From Patescibacteria group bacterium (lineage in GTDB: Bacteria > Patescibacteriota > Patescibacteriia > UBA9570 > JAHJKD01): a DNA stretch of 60,525 bases. A program made the position numbers and the translations under genes. Location: positions 1 through 60,525 of the forward strand of contig JAHJKD010000021.1 in the NCBI GenBank assembly GCA_018822435.1, read 5' to 3'. The notes under the pieces were generated by a model. The model had not been told where the DNA came from, did not search any database, and saw nothing but the letters and a program-made list of their open reading frames with translations. Below, in pieces: positions 1 through 8,778 of this stretch (its first letter is position 1; every line of letters starts with the position of its first letter).

Positions 1-402
1 AAAATAATTTTTCCATTTAGTGGGATTTGGCACATACTCTTCAACGGCGTCTTCAGCCTGGGTGGTAGCGCCAAATTCATTTGGCCCGCTCGGTATCATA
101 ACTACCTTTTCTCCTGATTCCTGCATGCCAAATTTTTCTTTTGCTTCTTTTTCCAGGAAAGCCGATGAATTGAGAGTTTTTAACAGATCGTCCATTTCTG
201 CGTTTTGCCGTTCAATTTCAGCAATTTCCACTTCTAAAACTTTTATCTCGTTGTTGATTTCTGCTTTTCTGATAATTTCTTTGACTAACGAAATTGAAAT
301 CGGGATTAAGATTATAATGCCGAGAACAATAAAAATTTTGGAATAAAAAATTGCTTTTAGACTGAATTTTCTTTTTGATTTTGGCGCTTTAGTTTTGGGC
401 AT
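1..402 (-). CDS. FtsB/DivIC-like septum formation initiator (C-terminus runs off the window start)
   Basis: Not in the supplied ORF track because it is open at the window edge. My translation of the minus strand from the ATG at 402-400 reads MPKTKAPKSKRKFSLKAIFYSKIFIVLGIIILIPISISLVKEIIRKAEINNEIKVLEVEIAEIERQNAEMDDLLKTLNSSAFLEKEAKEKFGMQESGEKVVMIP...KWKNYF and stays in frame to base 1. A basic N-terminus, one TM helix, a coiled coil and an EKEAKEKFGM..GE.V tail fit the DivIC/FtsB pattern. It overlaps the stop of the upstream gene by 14 nt. Confidence 0.6.
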   Translation of the reverse strand, partial: MPKTKAPKSKRKFSLKAIFYSKIFIVLGIIILIPISISLVKEIIRKAEINNEIKVLEVEIAEIERQNAEMDDLLKTLNSSAFLEKEAKEKFGMQESGEKVVMIPSGPNEFGATTQAEDAVEEYVPNPTKWKNYF

Positions 403-901
403 TTTGTTTTAGACATTGTATCTGGGTGTGATGAATTTCTTCCCTCACTTTATCCGGGTTTTTTACCCTTCTAATTCGATAATTTATGCCTTCATTTTTT
501 GTTTGTATCTTAATGTCACCATAATTAAATATGGTGGCAAATAAGCCTTTCTTATTATAACTAATTTCTGCAATATTATCAAAATCTGTCTCCTTTACTG
601 CTTTGTGGAAAAGTCCCTGCTGAATACATCCCAGGATTCTTTTATCGGTTACGATAAAAATATTATTGTTATAGAGGAAAAATGCCCGGATCCCAATAAT
701 TATCCCGAGGGTTAAAAATAACATGAAAGCCAGGATTCCCCATAAACGATATGAAAATAACGGATATAAGAAAAAAAACGGTAATAATATGAGAACTATT
801 GACAAAACCCCGTGCCACCAGTAAACAATAAAGTATTCTTTATAAGTTTCAATCAGTTTTTCGCCGGCTCTTAGGTTTTTATTTAACAATTTTTCACTCA
901 T
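389..901 (-). CDS. membrane-tethered bacterial PH-domain protein (bPH_2/YdbS-like)
   Basis: 170-aa ORF. Two N-terminal TM helices (VLSIVLILLPFFFLYPLF, WGILAFMLFLTLGIIIGI) are followed by IFIVTDKRILG...GDIKIQT...RIRRVKNPDKV, the layout typical of membrane-anchored bacterial PH domains. Confidence 0.55.
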   Translation of the reverse strand: MSEKLLNKNLRAGEKLIETYKEYFIVYWWHGVLSIVLILLPFFFLYPLFSYRLWGILAFMLFLTLGIIIGIRAFFLYNNNIFIVTDKRILGCIQQGLFHKAVKETDFDNIAEISYNKKGLFATIFNYGDIKIQTKNEGINYRIRRVKNPDKVREEIHHTQIQCLKQNAQN

Positions 902-1012
902 GCGTTAAAATATATTTATGTATAGTAAGAAAAAATTAAGAATTGCTTGGATAATAATCGGTTCAGTAATGATTATCGCCATGCTTTTATTTACAATCCT
1001 ACCGGCTATTTA

Positions 1013-2065
1013 TTAAAAGGTCTGAAAATCAAGTAAAAACAATATAAATCCAATAACTGCCATTACTCCGGAAATGACCCAAAAACGCATTACGATCTTA
1101 GGCTCAGGCCATCCTTTAGCCTCCAGGTGATGATGTATTGGTGCGGACAGGAAGATCTTCTTCTTCCTGATTTTTTTTGAACCCACCTGTAGAATTACAG
1201 AAAGGGATTCTATTACTAAAATAAATCCAATAACCGGCAATAATAATGTGTAATTTGTCAGCATGGCAATGATACCAAGCGTAACTCCCAGGGCCATAGC
1301 GCCGGTATCGCCCATGATAAACCGGGCGGGATATATATTAAACCAAAGAAAGGCCAGGAGCGCCCCGGCAATAACTCCGCAAAAAGCGGCTAGGTCATAC
1401 CGGCCCATAGCAAAGGCAATGGCTCCGTAGGCGCCGAAAGATGTTAACAGAACGCCGCCAGCCAGCCCATCTAATCCATCAGTTTCATTAACGGAAAAAG
1501 CAGTGGCAATCACAACGATGACAAATATTGGTATATACCACCATCCAATTTCAAAATTTCCCACAAAAGGGACATGGATGACATCCCAGTCAAGCTTATA
1601 GTAAAACCATAGCGAAGCAATAGTGACAATAACTGTATATAATAAAAATCTGTGTCTTAATCTGAATCCCCCGCCATTGGTGTAGATCTTTTTAATATCA
1701 ATCAAATCATCAATGAGGCCGACTAAAGCAGTTACTATTAAAACACCTAAAGGTAAAAGGGTCTGGGCTCGGCTCAAAAAATTAAACTCTGAAATAACGG
1801 GAATTTCAAAGACAGAGCCGACATAGAAAAAAAGGATTAGCACCAAAGCCGTGCCCCATATCAATATACCGCCCATGGTTGGCGTGCCAGATTTTTTTTC
1901 GTGCAACTTTGAATATACAGGCGCCTCATCTCCGCTCCTGATCTGTTTTCCCAGTTTATATTTGTATAAAAAATGGGATAACGCCGGAGTAAACATAATA
2001 GCCACAATAAAAGCCAGAGTAGTCAGAAAAAAGATTTTAATCATTTGAAATGATAGATCGTCCAT
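1013..2065 (-). CDS. mraY: phospho-N-acetylmuramoyl-pentapeptide transferase
   Basis: 350-aa polytopic ORF carrying MraY hallmarks: GTPTMGG, NETDGLDGLAGG, MGDTGAMALG and SAPIHHHLEAKGW. Confidence 0.95.
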   Translation of the reverse strand: MDDLSFQMIKIFFLTTLAFIVAIMFTPALSHFLYKYKLGKQIRSGDEAPVYSKLHEKKSGTPTMGGILIWGTALVLILFFYVGSVFEIPVISEFNFLSRAQTLLPLGVLIVTALVGLIDDLIDIKKIYTNGGGFRLRHRFLLYTVIVTIASLWFYYKLDWDVIHVPFVGNFEIGWWYIPIFVIVVIATAFSVNETDGLDGLAGGVLLTSFGAYGAIAFAMGRYDLAAFCGVIAGALLAFLWFNIYPARFIMGDTGAMALGVTLGIIAMLTNYTLLLPVIGFILVIESLSVILQVGSKKIRKKKIFLSAPIHHHLEAKGWPEPKIVMRFWVISGVMAVIGFILFLLDFQTF

Positions 2066-2067
2066 GT

Positions 2068-2448
2068 CTAGAGATTAATATATATTATTGAAAAGGCAGC
2101 TAAAGCCAAAAATATTTGGCAGAGAATAACTGTCACCATTAGAAAATAAGATATTACCTTTTCTTTCTTATAAATTATTAGGGAAATCACTAAATTAATC
2201 AAGAAAAAAATAAGACCGGATAATGGAATATAATACATCTCGAACCAGGGACCGATTAAATCAATTCCAAAATAAATGTTATAATGTAAATAGATGGGTT
2301 CCTCTTGAGGACGAATCCTCCAGAATAAAAATGCCCAAAGAGCTAAATTTAAACAAAGAGAAATTAAAAAAGAGATAAGCATGAACTTATCAGCAATCAA
2401 GCACTCCTGGAACGTTTTCTTTAAACGGTATGTAAAATTTGTAGCCAT
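2068..2448 (-). CDS. hypothetical small polytopic membrane protein
   Basis: 126-aa ORF with 3-4 hydrophobic helices, sitting 2 nt upstream of mraY. Its 5' end overlaps the divergent 2381..3973 ORF, so an internal start (ATG at 2382, MLISFLISL) is possible. Confidence 0.45.
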   Translation of the reverse strand: MATNFTYRLKKTFQECLIADKFMLISFLISLCLNLALWAFLFWRIRPQEEPIYLHYNIYFGIDLIGPWFEMYYIPLSGLIFFLINLVISLIIYKKEKVISYFLMVTVILCQIFLALAAFSIIYINL

Positions 2449-3973
2449 ATTAATCTTAATTGTAATGTTATGTTTGGAGATTTTTTCGGCTTATCAGGAA
2501 TCCCAGACATTGGATGAAGCGGCTCATTTATTGGCAGGCTATCAGTATTGGCAAGATTATTCCGTGGTATTAAACCCGGAACATCCACCGTTAATAAAAC
2601 AACTAGCGGCCTTGCCTTTATTGTTCATGGATCTGAACTATCCCTGGGAGGACCCAACTCAAATCATACAATGGCCTGACTCTGACGCGTTTTTATATGA
2701 GCTCGGAAATCCGGCTGATACCATGATTTTTTGGGGAAGATTGCCCATCATGCTGTTATCTTTGCTTTTAGGATGGTTCATTTTCAAATGGACAAGGCAA
2801 ATAGCAGGTAATTATTGGGCTATATTTGCGCTTATTTTGTTCGCATTTGACCCGAATATAATAGCACATTCCCGATATATTACAACAGATATAGGGGTTT
2901 CCTGCTTTATGTTCATGACAATGTATTTTTATTGGCGATTCTTTTTGACGGAAAAGATGAAAGACTTGATTTTTTTAAGCGTGGCTTTAGGATTTGCTAT
3001 GTTAAGCAAATTTAGCGCCCTTGTTATTGGTCCGGCCATGCTGATTATATTAGTGGCGGTTAAACACTTTAAGAAAAATATAAATTATTTGTGGTTAGTG
3101 CTAATCGGTACTTTGATCGTAGTTTCAATGATTACGGCATTTTACTATTTTGAACCGATTAAATATTTTGAAGGTTTTCAGATGGTTAATGAGCATAACA
3201 GTTATGGCCATGATTCTTATTTATTAGGTGAAAACGGGGAAGATGGCTGGTGGTATTATTTCTTGGTTGCTTTTGCTGTAAAAACTCCTGTTATTACGCT
3301 CGCTTTTTTTGCCGGCAGTTTATTGTATTTCTTTTTTTTCTGCATATCACTATTTAAAAAAGGAGAATTTAAAAAAAATAAAAAGACTTTACAAACTTTT
3401 TTATTTCTATTACTGCCAATAGGCGTTTATTTTGCTATTTCCATGACGAGTAAGATTAATCTTGGTGTAAGGCATTTATTGCCCATTTATCCTTTTGTAT
3501 TTGTATTTATAGCATATAGCTTCTCTCAAATTGGGGAAAAGATGCAGATGAAAATGCTAAAAAATTCTTTTAGTTGGTTAATATTTGCGGTACTACTAAT
3601 ATACATGGCTTCAGCTATTATTGTATTTCCCAATTATCTCTCTTACTTTAATGCTGGCGTGGGCGGTTCTGAAAATGGACTGGATTATTTAAGTGATTCA
3701 AATATTGACTGGGGCCAAGGCTTAAAAGCTATGGCAAAATATATGGAAGAAAATAATATTGATGAACCCATATACATGAATTATTTTGGCCGGGCATTCC
3801 CGGAATATTATGGCATTGAAGAACACGAATGGTGGGATGGCGAAAAAAAGGATCGATTAATCTTTATTTCAAGAAGCTATATTGTGGCCGAGGATAGTAC
3901 TGCTAAGTGGTTGTTAGACATTGAACCAAAAGATGTAATTGCAGAATCAATAGAAGTTTATGACTTCCGGTAG
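2381..3973 (+). CDS. GT-C fold, PMT_2/ArnT-like lipid-carrier-dependent glycosyltransferase
   Basis: 530 aa with many TM helices. It has an acidic DEAAH motif in the first extracytoplasmic loop, GWWYYF, and a C-terminal soluble domain. This resembles the GT39/GT83-type dolichyl/undecaprenyl-phosphate-sugar transferases. The exact start is uncertain because the 5' end overlaps the divergent neighbour. Confidence 0.75.
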   Translation: MNLSAIKHSWNVFFKRYVKFVAILILIVMLCLEIFSAYQESQTLDEAAHLLAGYQYWQDYSVVLNPEHPPLIKQLAALPLLFMDLNYPWEDPTQIIQWPDSDAFLYELGNPADTMIFWGRLPIMLLSLLLGWFIFKWTRQIAGNYWAIFALILFAFDPNIIAHSRYITTDIGVSCFMFMTMYFYWRFFLTEKMKDLIFLSVALGFAMLSKFSALVIGPAMLIILVAVKHFKKNINYLWLVLIGTLIVVSMITAFYYFEPIKYFEGFQMVNEHNSYGHDSYLLGENGEDGWWYYFLVAFAVKTPVITLAFFAGSLLYFFFFCISLFKKGEFKKNKKTLQTFLFLLLPIGVYFAISMTSKINLGVRHLLPIYPFVFVFIAYSFSQIGEKMQMKMLKNSFSWLIFAVLLIYMASAIIVFPNYLSYFNAGVGGSENGLDYLSDSNIDWGQGLKAMAKYMEENNIDEPIYMNYFGRAFPEYYGIEEHEWWDGEKKDRLIFISRSYIVAEDSTAKWLLDIEPKDVIAESIEVYDFR

Positions 3974-3974
3974 T

Positions 3975-5129
3975 TTATTTAAAAGGTGAAATTTTTCTTA
4001 ATTTTTCAATAATCGGCGGCAGTTTTTTCAAAAGATATTTAACATCTTCTTCTGTATTAAAGCGCCCTAAAGAGAATCTGGTAGAACTATGGGCCCGCAG
4101 AGGGTCGTTTTGCAGCGCCATCATGACATGAGACGGCTCAAGCGAGCCTGATGAACAAGCTGACCCTGTAGAAGCGGCGATTCCCTCCATATCAAGAGAT
4201 ATTAATATGCCCTCGCCCTCAATGTTTTTAAAACTAATATTCAAGTTACTAGGTATTCTTTGTTCTAGAGATCCGTTTAAATCCGCATTTTTAATATTTT
4301 TCTGAATACCAGCCCATAATTGATCACGTAATTTTTCTACTTTGTCATAATCTTTCTTGCCCTCTTTGGAAATAAGCTCGATCGCCTTTCCTAAGCCGAC
4401 AATTCCAGGAACATTATGGGTACCAGCCCTAAGACCGGCTTCTTGGGCGCCGCCTTGCTGGATCTGCTTTAAGGCTGTCCCCTGCTTTACAAATATTGCT
4501 CCAATACCTTTAGGGCCGTAAATTTTATGGCCAGAAAGAGAAAGCATGTCGATATTCAGCTTCTTAACATCACAGTCTAAGTAATTCACAGCTTGAACCG
4601 CATCGGTGTGGAAAATGGCTTTGCCTTTATTTTTTCCAATTTCGGCAATTGGCTGGATAGTCCCGATTTCGTTATTAACATACATGATTGAAATTAGAAC
4701 GGTGTTGTCTTTTATCTCTTTAATTACGTCTTCAGCTTTAATTACACCGTCTGGCTGCGGTTTGATATAAGTCGCCCCTATTTTTCCTTCTTTTTCCAAT
4801 CTTTCCACTGTTTCCAAAACACAATGATGCTCTATGGCTGAAGTAATTACATGCGGCTTGTCTTTACCAGAATATGCCTGAATAATGCCTTTGATCGCTA
4901 AATTATTTGATTCAGTGGCTCCGGAAGTAAATATCACTTCTTGGCCAAGGCAATTCAGGAATTTAGACACGGAATTACGGGCATTATCTAAGGCTTGAAG
5001 AGCAATTTGTCCGGGTGTATGCACAGACATAGGATTGCCGAATTCTTCACTAAAATAAGGCTCCATAGCTTTAAAAACCCTGGGATCCATGGGTGTGGTG
5101 GCGGCGTTGTCGAAATAATGGTATTTCAT
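3975..5129 (-). CDS. iscS: cysteine desulfurase, NifS/IscS family (class V aminotransferase)
   Basis: 384 aa. PLP-lysine region LSLSGHKIYGPKGIG and active-site Cys loop STGSACSSGSLEPSHV are both present. Confidence 0.9.
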   Translation of the reverse strand: MKYHYFDNAATTPMDPRVFKAMEPYFSEEFGNPMSVHTPGQIALQALDNARNSVSKFLNCLGQEVIFTSGATESNNLAIKGIIQAYSGKDKPHVITSAIEHHCVLETVERLEKEGKIGATYIKPQPDGVIKAEDVIKEIKDNTVLISIMYVNNEIGTIQPIAEIGKNKGKAIFHTDAVQAVNYLDCDVKKLNIDMLSLSGHKIYGPKGIGAIFVKQGTALKQIQQGGAQEAGLRAGTHNVPGIVGLGKAIELISKEGKKDYDKVEKLRDQLWAGIQKNIKNADLNGSLEQRIPSNLNISFKNIEGEGILISLDMEGIAASTGSACSSGSLEPSHVMMALQNDPLRAHSSTRFSLGRFNTEEDVKYLLKKLPPIIEKLRKISPFK

Positions 5130-5151
5130 AAGGTGAAAATATAACTTATTC

Positions 5152-5178
5152 TTGACAATTTGGCAATAATATTATAAT
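5152..5178 (+). promoter_or_regulatory. sigma70-like promoter candidate for rpmA
   Basis: TTGACA at 5152-5157 and TATAAT at 5173-5178 with a short 15-nt spacer, about 35 nt upstream of the rpmA ATG. Confidence 0.35.
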
Positions 5179-5212
5179 CTATCTTTTGTAAATTAACACT
5201 AATATTTAGTAT

Positions 5213-5485
5213 ATGGCACACACAAAAGCAGGCGGATCAACACAGCTCGGACGAGATTCACGTTCACAAAGATTAGGCGTGAAAGTTTTTGGCGGTCAAA
5301 GAATTGGTGCTGGTGAAATCATCATCAGACAAAGAGGTACAAAGTTCAGGCCTGGTAAAAACGTGGAACGCGGTGAAGATGATACTTTGTATGCAAAAGT
5401 TGGCGGGATCGTTGATTTCACGGAAAAGAAAATAAAGAAATTTGACGGTAGCCTCAAGAGCGCAAAATTTGTTTCCGTTGTATAA
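5213..5485 (+). CDS. rpmA: 50S ribosomal protein L27
   Basis: 90 aa starting [29 protein letters not shown]...[10 protein letters not shown], the canonical L27 sequence. There is no N-terminal propeptide and no adjacent rplU. Confidence 0.95.
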   Translation: MAHTKAGGSTQLGRDSRSQRLGVKVFGGQRIGAGEIIIRQRGTKFRPGKNVERGEDDTLYAKVGGIVDFTEKKIKKFDGSLKSAKFVSVV

Positions 5486-5495
5486 CTTAAATCCA

Positions 5496-5553
5496 TGAAA
5501 GCGGACATCACATGTCCGCCATAAAGAAAGCGGATGTAGTGACATCCGCTTTC
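5496..5553. repeat. twin-hairpin GC-rich repeat, copy 1 (GAAAGCGGA family)
   Basis: The left arm is TGAAAGCGGACATCACATGTCCGCC (5496-5520). The right arm is GAAAGCGGATGTAGTGACATCCGCTTTC (5526-5553). Each arm is a perfect hairpin. Related copies lie at 48433-48510, 52707-52772 and 56016-56080. Confidence 0.85.
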
Positions 5554-5559
5554 TTTTTT
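5526..5559 (+). terminator. rho-independent terminator for rpmA, formed by the right arm of repeat copy 1
   Basis: 12-bp stem GAAAGCGGATGT/ACATCCGCTTTC with loop AGTG, followed by a T6 run (5554-5559). It sits between the convergent rpmA and pyrG genes. Confidence 0.7.
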
Positions 5560-7216
5560 ATTTCTTTCTTGATTTTTTTACTTTTTTCTTTTCTTGTTTA
5601 ACCATAGTTTCCACCCATTTCACGTATAAAGGGTGTGGATCTAGCGGTCTTGATTTAAATTCCGGATGGAATTGTACGCCTACGAAGAAAGGATGGCTCT
5701 TGAATTCAATTATTTCAACTAAATCCTGTTGGGTATTAACCCCGGAAAATACAACTCCGGCTTTTTCTAGTTTTTGGCGATACTTATTATTAAATTCATA
5801 TCTGTGTCGGTGACGTTCTGAAATAGAGGGTTTACCATAAGCAGAATAAGCGATCGTGTCCTTGGAAAGCTTGCAAGGATAAGCGCCTAGACGCATAGTA
5901 CCGCCATATTTATTTTCCAGAATATTTTTAGTCTGAAAAGGATTAACGTGAATAATCGGATGCTTTGTTTTCGGATTGATTTCCATGGTATTGGCTCCGG
6001 TTAGTTTGGCAACGTTGCGGGCGATCTCAATCGAAGCCAGTTGCATGCCGTAACAAAGTCCTAAATAAGGAATATTATTTTCACGGACATACTTGATGGC
6101 TTTGATGATGCCTTCAATGCCGCGGGAACCGAATCCACCCGGAACGATAATGCCGTCATATTGAGAAAGCTCATTTATTTTAATTGGAGTTTTTTCATAT
6201 TCTTCAGAATCAACCCAAACCATCTCTGGTACACGGTTATTAGCCCAGCAAGCATGCTTAACAGCCTCTAGGACTGATATATAAGAGTCTGCAATGGTAA
6301 AGTCGCCTGTGCCAAAGTATTTTCCAACCACGGCAATTTTGAGCGGTTTTTTTGCTTTCTTAATACTGCTGACCATCTTGCGCCAATCATTAATATCCTG
6401 TTTTTTTGGTTTTAAGTTTAATTTAGCGAGGATTTTTTCTCCTAAATTTTCTTTATCAAATAATAATGGAATTTCATAGATAGAATCAGCGTCAGGCGCG
6501 GAAATGGCGTTGTCTGGATCAATGCCGCAAAAAGTGGCTAATTTTTCCCGACGTTTATTATCTAATTTCTGTTCTGAGCGAGCGACTATAAAATCAGCCT
6601 GGATGCCAGCGGAATTCAATTCTCTGGCCGCATGCTGGGTCGGCTTTGTTTTCATCTCACCGACTCGGTTCGGAATAGGCAGATAACTTACTAATACAAA
6701 GGCAACATCGCCAGGATGTTTTAATTTTAAGCGGCGCGCAGCTTCTAAGAACAGAATATTCTGGTATTCTCCAACTGTACCGCCAATTTCTATAATGACA
6801 ATATCTGCTTTGTCTTTGGCTCCAGCTTTTTCAATGCGGCGATTTATTTCATTGGGGATATGAGGGACGACTTCAACACATTTGCCTTTATATTCTAGGT
6901 TTCTTTCTTTTTGAATAACGTCTAAATAAACTCGGCCGGTGGTCATGTAATTGACGGAATAAATGTTCTTATTTAAAAATCTTTCGTAATTTCCGATATC
7001 CTGATCAGTTTCGTCCTTGTCTTCGGTAACGAAAACTTCGCCGTGTTCGGTCGGGTTCATGGTTCCGGCGTCTACATTTATATAAGGATCAGCCTTAATG
7101 GCAGTAACATTATATCCTTTACTAACAAGTAGCCTGCCAATAGACGAGGCGGTAACGCCTTTTCCCACGGAAGACATAACTCCACCAACAATAAAAATAT
7201 ATTTTCTATTTTTCAT
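5558..7216 (-). CDS. pyrG: CTP synthase
   Basis: 552 aa. N-terminal synthetase motif GGVMSSVGKG, glutaminase Cys in GLCYGMQ, and the HPEF motif (VQFHPEFKSRP). Confidence 0.95.
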   Translation of the reverse strand: MKNRKYIFIVGGVMSSVGKGVTASSIGRLLVSKGYNVTAIKADPYINVDAGTMNPTEHGEVFVTEDKDETDQDIGNYERFLNKNIYSVNYMTTGRVYLDVIQKERNLEYKGKCVEVVPHIPNEINRRIEKAGAKDKADIVIIEIGGTVGEYQNILFLEAARRLKLKHPGDVAFVLVSYLPIPNRVGEMKTKPTQHAARELNSAGIQADFIVARSEQKLDNKRREKLATFCGIDPDNAISAPDADSIYEIPLLFDKENLGEKILAKLNLKPKKQDINDWRKMVSSIKKAKKPLKIAVVGKYFGTGDFTIADSYISVLEAVKHACWANNRVPEMVWVDSEEYEKTPIKINELSQYDGIIVPGGFGSRGIEGIIKAIKYVRENNIPYLGLCYGMQLASIEIARNVAKLTGANTMEINPKTKHPIIHVNPFQTKNILENKYGGTMRLGAYPCKLSKDTIAYSAYGKPSISERHRHRYEFNNKYRQKLEKAGVVFSGVNTQQDLVEIIEFKSHPFFVGVQFHPEFKSRPLDPHPLYVKWVETMVKQEKKKVKKSRKK

Positions 7217-7248
7217 AATAGTTTTTTATTAAAAATTAAATATATTAA

Positions 7249-8766
7249 CTATGTTCCTTTTTCCAAGGAATCAGTTGTTACCCAAATGCCTATTTTTCTA
7301 AAGATATTTTCATCATCCTTGCTTAAAGTATGAGTAGAATGAAAATAACAATTATTTAAAAACTTTAATTGCTGTTGCGCCTTTTTAGCCAATGGATTAG
7401 AAACTGAAGAAACTGCTAATGCTAATAATGCCTCAGCTGTGGTCAGGCTTTTGCTGGCTTCTCCGATAAGGTCTTTCTGGGCATTTATTTGTTGGATTAT
7501 TTGTTTGGAAATCAGTTCAAAATTATCTGGAATGCCAGCTAAATCTTTAATAGCATTAATTATGGCAGATGCTTCAGCATATAAAAGCTCTGAATTTTTC
7601 CCGGCGATTATTTTTCCGTCATGTAGTTCGATGGCAGCACCGCAATGGATGCCAGATTCACCCTTTCCTTTTTGGGAAACGGCTTCACGGGCGGCTTTTC
7701 TGGCCGCCGGAACTGTTTTTAAGTAAGTTTCTTTTATTTTCAATCTCTTTAAGAGGTTGTCCATGCGCTTTAATACGATTTCATCTACTAATCCCCTTTC
7801 AAATTCGCCGCGATAACGGAAAAGGAAGAAAATAATCTCTTTTTTTGCCGCTTCCTGGCAGACCTTATCATCAATAATACCTACACTAATACGGTTGACG
7901 CCCATGTCTGTAGGTGAATTATAAGAACTCATAAAATTGTTCTGGGGAATCATTTGTTTAATGAGATTCTCGATAATTGGGAACGCATCAACGTCCCGAT
8001 TATAATTAATGGCTCGCTTATTGTATTTTTTTTTGTGAAAAGGATCGACCAGATTATAATCTCCTAAATCTGCGGTAGCGGCTTCATAAGCATCGTTGAT
8101 CGGGTGTTTGAGAGGGAGGTCCCATACCGGGAAGGTTTCAAATTTAGCATAACCAGAATTCATGCCAGTTTTCTGATCAAGATAAATTTGACCGAGGCAT
8201 GTAGATAATTTACCGGCGCCTGGTCCGGCGCCCCAAACAACGACTAATTTTTTCCTAGTCTTGATATGAGGATCTTTTCCATACCCGCGGCTGCTTAGAA
8301 TTTTATTAAGATTATTTGGATAATTTTCTATCTCATTTCTCAAATAGACTTTTATTTTCTTTCTTTCAAGCAGTTTTTTGAAAATAATTGCTTCATTTTC
8401 ACCGTCAAAACGATTTATGACAACGCAATTAAGAGGTAGTCCGAAATCTTTAAGATCATTCAGGGCTTTCAGGGTAGCTAAATCATAAGTCATGTTTAAA
8501 TCACCGCGCATTTTCTTTTGATGAAGCTGTTTGGCGGAAATGCAATAAATAATTTCTAAATTTTGTTTAAGGGACAATAAAAGAGAGACCTTGGCATTTG
8601 GTTCATAACCAGGCAAGGTTCTGGAGGCATGAAAATCTTCAATTAACTTGCCCCCAAATTCCAGATATAAGCGGTCCGGAAAATGAGACAATCTTTCGTT
8701 AATTGAATTGGCTTGAGCGTTTAAATACTTTTTTGTGGAAAATCCTGCTTTCTCTGTATTAGGCAT
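7249..8766 (-). CDS. DUF1846/UPF0371 family protein
   Basis: 505 aa. The N-terminus (GFSTKKYLNAQANSINERLSHFPDRLYLEFGGKLIEDFHASRTLPGYEPNAK) matches my recollection of the conserved UPF0371 N-terminal block. No TM helices. Confidence 0.7.
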   Translation of the reverse strand: MPNTEKAGFSTKKYLNAQANSINERLSHFPDRLYLEFGGKLIEDFHASRTLPGYEPNAKVSLLLSLKQNLEIIYCISAKQLHQKKMRGDLNMTYDLATLKALNDLKDFGLPLNCVVINRFDGENEAIIFKKLLERKKIKVYLRNEIENYPNNLNKILSSRGYGKDPHIKTRKKLVVVWGAGPGAGKLSTCLGQIYLDQKTGMNSGYAKFETFPVWDLPLKHPINDAYEAATADLGDYNLVDPFHKKKYNKRAINYNRDVDAFPIIENLIKQMIPQNNFMSSYNSPTDMGVNRISVGIIDDKVCQEAAKKEIIFFLFRYRGEFERGLVDEIVLKRMDNLLKRLKIKETYLKTVPAARKAAREAVSQKGKGESGIHCGAAIELHDGKIIAGKNSELLYAEASAIINAIKDLAGIPDNFELISKQIIQQINAQKDLIGEASKSLTTAEALLALAVSSVSNPLAKKAQQQLKFLNNCYFHSTHTLSKDDENIFRKIGIWVTTDSLEKGT

Positions 8767-8778
8767 GGATTTATTATA

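Noticed and set aside
20-346. 108-aa plus-strand ORF at the window start
   Set aside because: It is a low-complexity Ser/Phe/Ile-rich sequence lying exactly antisense to a much more protein-like FtsB/DivIC-type frame on the minus strand. I treat it as a shadow ORF.
902-1012. tRNA, rRNA or other structured RNA genes in the larger gaps (902-1012, 11718-11806, 43401-43548, 48430-48534)
   Set aside because: None shows cloverleaf-compatible arms or a T-loop consensus (GTTCRANYC). The gaps are either AT-rich promoter-like DNA or are occupied by the hairpin repeats described above.
3331-3378. Homopolymer runs (T9, A8) in glycosyltransferase genes as phase-variation switches
   Set aside because: Equally long T/A runs occur in housekeeping genes, such as mraY near 1170 and the DUF1846 gene near 8026-8034, and in spacers. 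In DNA this AT-rich they are not specific to surface-glycan genes.
5273-5545. Two minus-strand ORFs (90 and 71 aa) overlapping rpmA
   Set aside because: They are antisense to an unmistakable L27 gene. Their 5' ends are simply translations of the twin-hairpin repeat (MSLHPLSLWRTCDVRFHGF..).
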